From Vibrio vulnificus CMCP6 (lineage in GTDB: Bacteria > Pseudomonadota > Gammaproteobacteria > Enterobacterales > Vibrionaceae): a stretch of 32,000 bases of DNA. Within the stretch, counting starts at the first letter, position 1. The number at the start of each line of letters is the position of its first letter. A program made the translations under genes and the position numbers. Under the pieces are notes generated by a model, which worked only from the letters and a program-made list of their open reading frames with translations, was not told the DNA's origin and searched no databases. The stretch spans positions 1,110,001 through 1,142,000 of the forward strand of contig NC_004460.2 of assembly GCF_000039765.1 (NCBI RefSeq), given 5' to 3'. This document shows, in pieces, positions 29,473-32,000 of this stretch.

Positions 29473-30948
29473 ATGACAAATTCTAAGCCTCTACCGTCGT
29501 TCGGATTAGCACTCGCCCCTATTGCGGTGATGTTTGCGCTTCTGGCTGTCGGATACGGAATACTCGGACTTCGCATTGAAGTTCTGTTGCTGATCTCAGC
29601 TGCCTTTACTGGTCTTATCGCGTGGAAGATCGGTTACAACTGGGATGACATCATCAACGCCATCGTAGAAAAACTGGCCAAAGCGATGCCCGTGATTCTG
29701 ATTTTGGTCTCGGTTGGCGGTTTAATTGCCAGCTGGATGGTCAGCGGCACAATCCCTTACATGGTGTACTGGGGACTTAAAGTCATCAGCCCTGAATACA
29801 TTCTTATTGCCACTTTTTTTGTAACCAGTGTCGTTTCCGTTTGTACCGGTACGTCTTGGGGCTCAGCGGGCACCGTGGGTGTTGCACTCATGGGTGTTGC
29901 AGCGGGTCTTGACGTCTCGCTCGCTGCGGCGGCCGGTGCGGTTGTGTCTGGCGCATATTTTGGTGACAAAATCTCACCACTATCCGATTCAACTAACTTT
30001 GCACCTGTGGTTTCTGGCACCACTTTGTACGAACATATTCAACACATGCTGTACACCACGCTACCGGGATTTGTCATTGCGTCTGTGGTGTTCTTTTTCG
30101 CAGGTCAAAGCGCGGATATCACCAATATTCATGAGCCAGAAAAAGTGGTTCAAATCATCTCGGGTCTAGACAATCTCTACAACTTCAACATTCTACTTCT
30201 GATTCCACCAGTGATGATCTTATGGGGCGCGTTAACTAAGAAGCCCGTTCTGCCATTGATGCTTGGCGCATCGGCTATCGCAATTGGTTTGGGTATGGTG
30301 TTTCAAGACTTCACTCTTAACCAAGGCTTCCAAGCTTACGTAGACGGCTTCAATCTAGCCATGTTTGAGGCAAACGGTCACAGCGTAAATGGTTTGGTGC
30401 CAGATATCGCCAAACTGCTTAACCGCGGCGGTCTGTTCTCGATGATGAGCACGATTCTATTGGTATTCTGTGCCTTTGCCTTCGCTGGCATCCTGAGCCT
30501 AACTGGCGCTCTAAACGTAGTGCTAGGCAAATTCCTCCATGCGATTCACACCACAGGTCAGCTGATTGCTTCAACGGTTGTGGCAACCATCACGGTGGTT
30601 TTCACCACTTCTGACGGCAAGCTAGCACTGTTGATTCCAGGTGAGTTGTTCCAAAACGCTTACCGCAAAATGGGCTTAGATACCAAAAACCTGTCTCGAA
30701 CCATCGAAGACGCCGGCACCATTATTGAGCCATTGGTTCCGTGGACGGCCGCAGGTATCTACATGGCAGGTACGCTAGGTGTGGCGACATTGGATTACCT
30801 ACCATGGGCGATTCAATGTTACACCGGCGTGATCTTCGCTTTGATTTATGGCTTCACTGGCTTTGGTATCGCAAAAGCAAAGCCACAGCAAAACCAACAA
30901 CAGATTGCTGACGAGCATTCAAATACACCAGCAGTAGAAACAAAATAA
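29473..30948 (+). CDS. NhaC-family Na+/H+ antiporter
   Basis: SVCTGTSWGSAGTVGVALMGVAAGLDVSLAAAAGAVVSGAYFGDKISPLSDSTNFAP and a late EPLVPWTAAGIYMAGTLG. Confidence 0.92.
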   Translation: MTNSKPLPSFGLALAPIAVMFALLAVGYGILGLRIEVLLLISAAFTGLIAWKIGYNWDDIINAIVEKLAKAMPVILILVSVGGLIASWMVSGTIPYMVYWGLKVISPEYILIATFFVTSVVSVCTGTSWGSAGTVGVALMGVAAGLDVSLAAAAGAVVSGAYFGDKISPLSDSTNFAPVVSGTTLYEHIQHMLYTTLPGFVIASVVFFFAGQSADITNIHEPEKVVQIISGLDNLYNFNILLLIPPVMILWGALTKKPVLPLMLGASAIAIGLGMVFQDFTLNQGFQAYVDGFNLAMFEANGHSVNGLVPDIAKLLNRGGLFSMMSTILLVFCAFAFAGILSLTGALNVVLGKFLHAIHTTGQLIASTVVATITVVFTTSDGKLALLIPGELFQNAYRKMGLDTKNLSRTIEDAGTIIEPLVPWTAAGIYMAGTLGVATLDYLPWAIQCYTGVIFALIYGFTGFGIAKAKPQQNQQQIADEHSNTPAVETK

Positions 30949-30960
30949 GGTAAATCATTG

Positions 30961-32000
30961 ATGAACGCTTTCGACCAAATTCTGAACCGCAAGGAAAGTG
31001 GCTCTTTAAAGTGGGACTTTATACAACAAAAGCTGGGATTGACTGGGACGGATTTACTTCCGATGTGGGTATCCGATTACGATTTTAAAGCGCCGCAAGT
31101 GGTGTTAGACGCACTACAACAGCGAGTTGAGCATGGGATCTTTGGTTACGCGGAACGCGATGATGCGTACTACCAAGCGACTATCGACTGGTATCGAAAT
31201 CAGCATGATACCTGTGTTGAGCGTGAGTGGATCACCACAGTACATGGCGTACTTCCTGGGCTCGCAATGGCATTGCAAATGCTCACCGAAACAGGCGATG
31301 GCATTGTGATGCAAAGTCCGGGTTACGGTTCTTTCCGTAAGATCATTGAATTCAACGATCGCGTTGTGGTTGAGAACCCACTGACGGAAACCGAAGGCGA
31401 CTATCAACTCGACTTTGATCATCTCGAAACCTGCTTTGCTAATGGCGCAAAAGCAATGATCTTCTGCAATCCACATAACCCAACGGGGCGAGTTTGGTCT
31501 GAAAGCGAAATCACAAAGGTTGCCGAACTGTGTGAGCAATACCAAGTCTGGCTGCTGAGTGATGAAATATGGGGCGATTTGGTGGTTGGCGATGCGCCAT
31601 ACTACTCTGCTTTGCGTCTACCACAAGCGCTCACTCAACGCCTGATTGTGGCAACGGCAGCCAGTAAGACGTTTGGTTTGTCGTCACTGCGAATCTCTAA
31701 CTTTATGATTCCAGATGAATCACTTCGAGCGCAGTTTACTCGCAGGCTAGATGCGCATGGCATGGACGTGTTCAACAGTCTCTCAATGAGTGCCGCGACA
31801 ATTGCTTATCAAGAGTGCTCTGATTGGTTAGTGGACTTAAAAGACTACCTGCGCGCTAACATCGCCAAACTTGAGCGGTTTGTACAAACGGAACTGCCAG
31901 AGGTGAAGTTTGTTGCGCCACAAGCCGGCTATTTGGCTTGGTTAGACTGTCGTGTACTTAACTTAACTGACACTGAGATAGAACAAAAGTTTGTCTCAGC
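30961..32000 (+). CDS. MalY/PatB-family pyridoxal-phosphate aminotransferase/C-S lyase, truncated by window end
   Basis: LPMWVSDYDFKAP, CNPHNPTGRVW, LLSDEIWGDLV, ATAASKTFGLSSLRISNF (PLP lysine). Open frame runs off the window. Confidence 0.9.
   Translation, partial: MNAFDQILNRKESGSLKWDFIQQKLGLTGTDLLPMWVSDYDFKAPQVVLDALQQRVEHGIFGYAERDDAYYQATIDWYRNQHDTCVEREWITTVHGVLPGLAMALQMLTETGDGIVMQSPGYGSFRKIIEFNDRVVVENPLTETEGDYQLDFDHLETCFANGAKAMIFCNPHNPTGRVWSESEITKVAELCEQYQVWLLSDEIWGDLVVGDAPYYSALRLPQALTQRLIVATAASKTFGLSSLRISNFMIPDESLRAQFTRRLDAHGMDVFNSLSMSAATIAYQECSDWLVDLKDYLRANIAKLERFVQTELPEVKFVAPQAGYLAWLDCRVLNLTDTEIEQKFVS

Noticed and set aside
1-32000. CRISPR arrays, tRNA/rRNA genes, prophage modules
   Set aside because: No regularly spaced repeats, no cloverleaf-type or rRNA sequence recognised by eye, and no phage structural genes. 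A tRNAscan/CRISPR-finder run would be needed to exclude them fully.

Overview
The window looks like ordinary Vibrio-type chromosome (taxonomy inferred from protein flavour only). It carries about 27 supportable protein genes and no RNA genes or CRISPR arrays that I could see. From left to right: the tail of a phosphotransferase; a fold-III ornithine/lysine-type decarboxylase; a LysR regulator; an alkyl sulfatase; GNAT, RibD-like, ExoD and Sel1 genes; msrB-msrA; DUF3297-like and DUF2999-like genes; an MCP plus orphan sugar-binding protein pair; an orphan lipoprotein; a DUF417 plus glutaredoxin pair divergent from an AraC regulator. These are followed by a complete IS4-family element with 18-bp terminal inverted repeats and an 11-bp target duplication; a VC0807-like membrane protein; a LysR regulator divergent from a GH4 6-phospho-glycosidase; a LysE/Lrp pair; an AraC regulator; a MOSC protein; a 3.6-kb low-coding accessory segment; and a LacI / NhaC / MalY-like locus. 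The most notable items are: (1) the accessory segment at about 24.67-28.26 kb, with two divergent unknown genes, a lone PD-(D/E)XK nuclease-like ORF and long non-coding stretches; (2) an rcl-like redox module in which glutaredoxin is paired with DUF417 and the regulator has two cysteines at RclR-like positions; (3) the MCP/orphan binding protein pair; and (4) a perfect 18-bp LacI-type operator in front of nhaC. I did not find a clearly demonstrable new system. The accessory segment is only a candidate.
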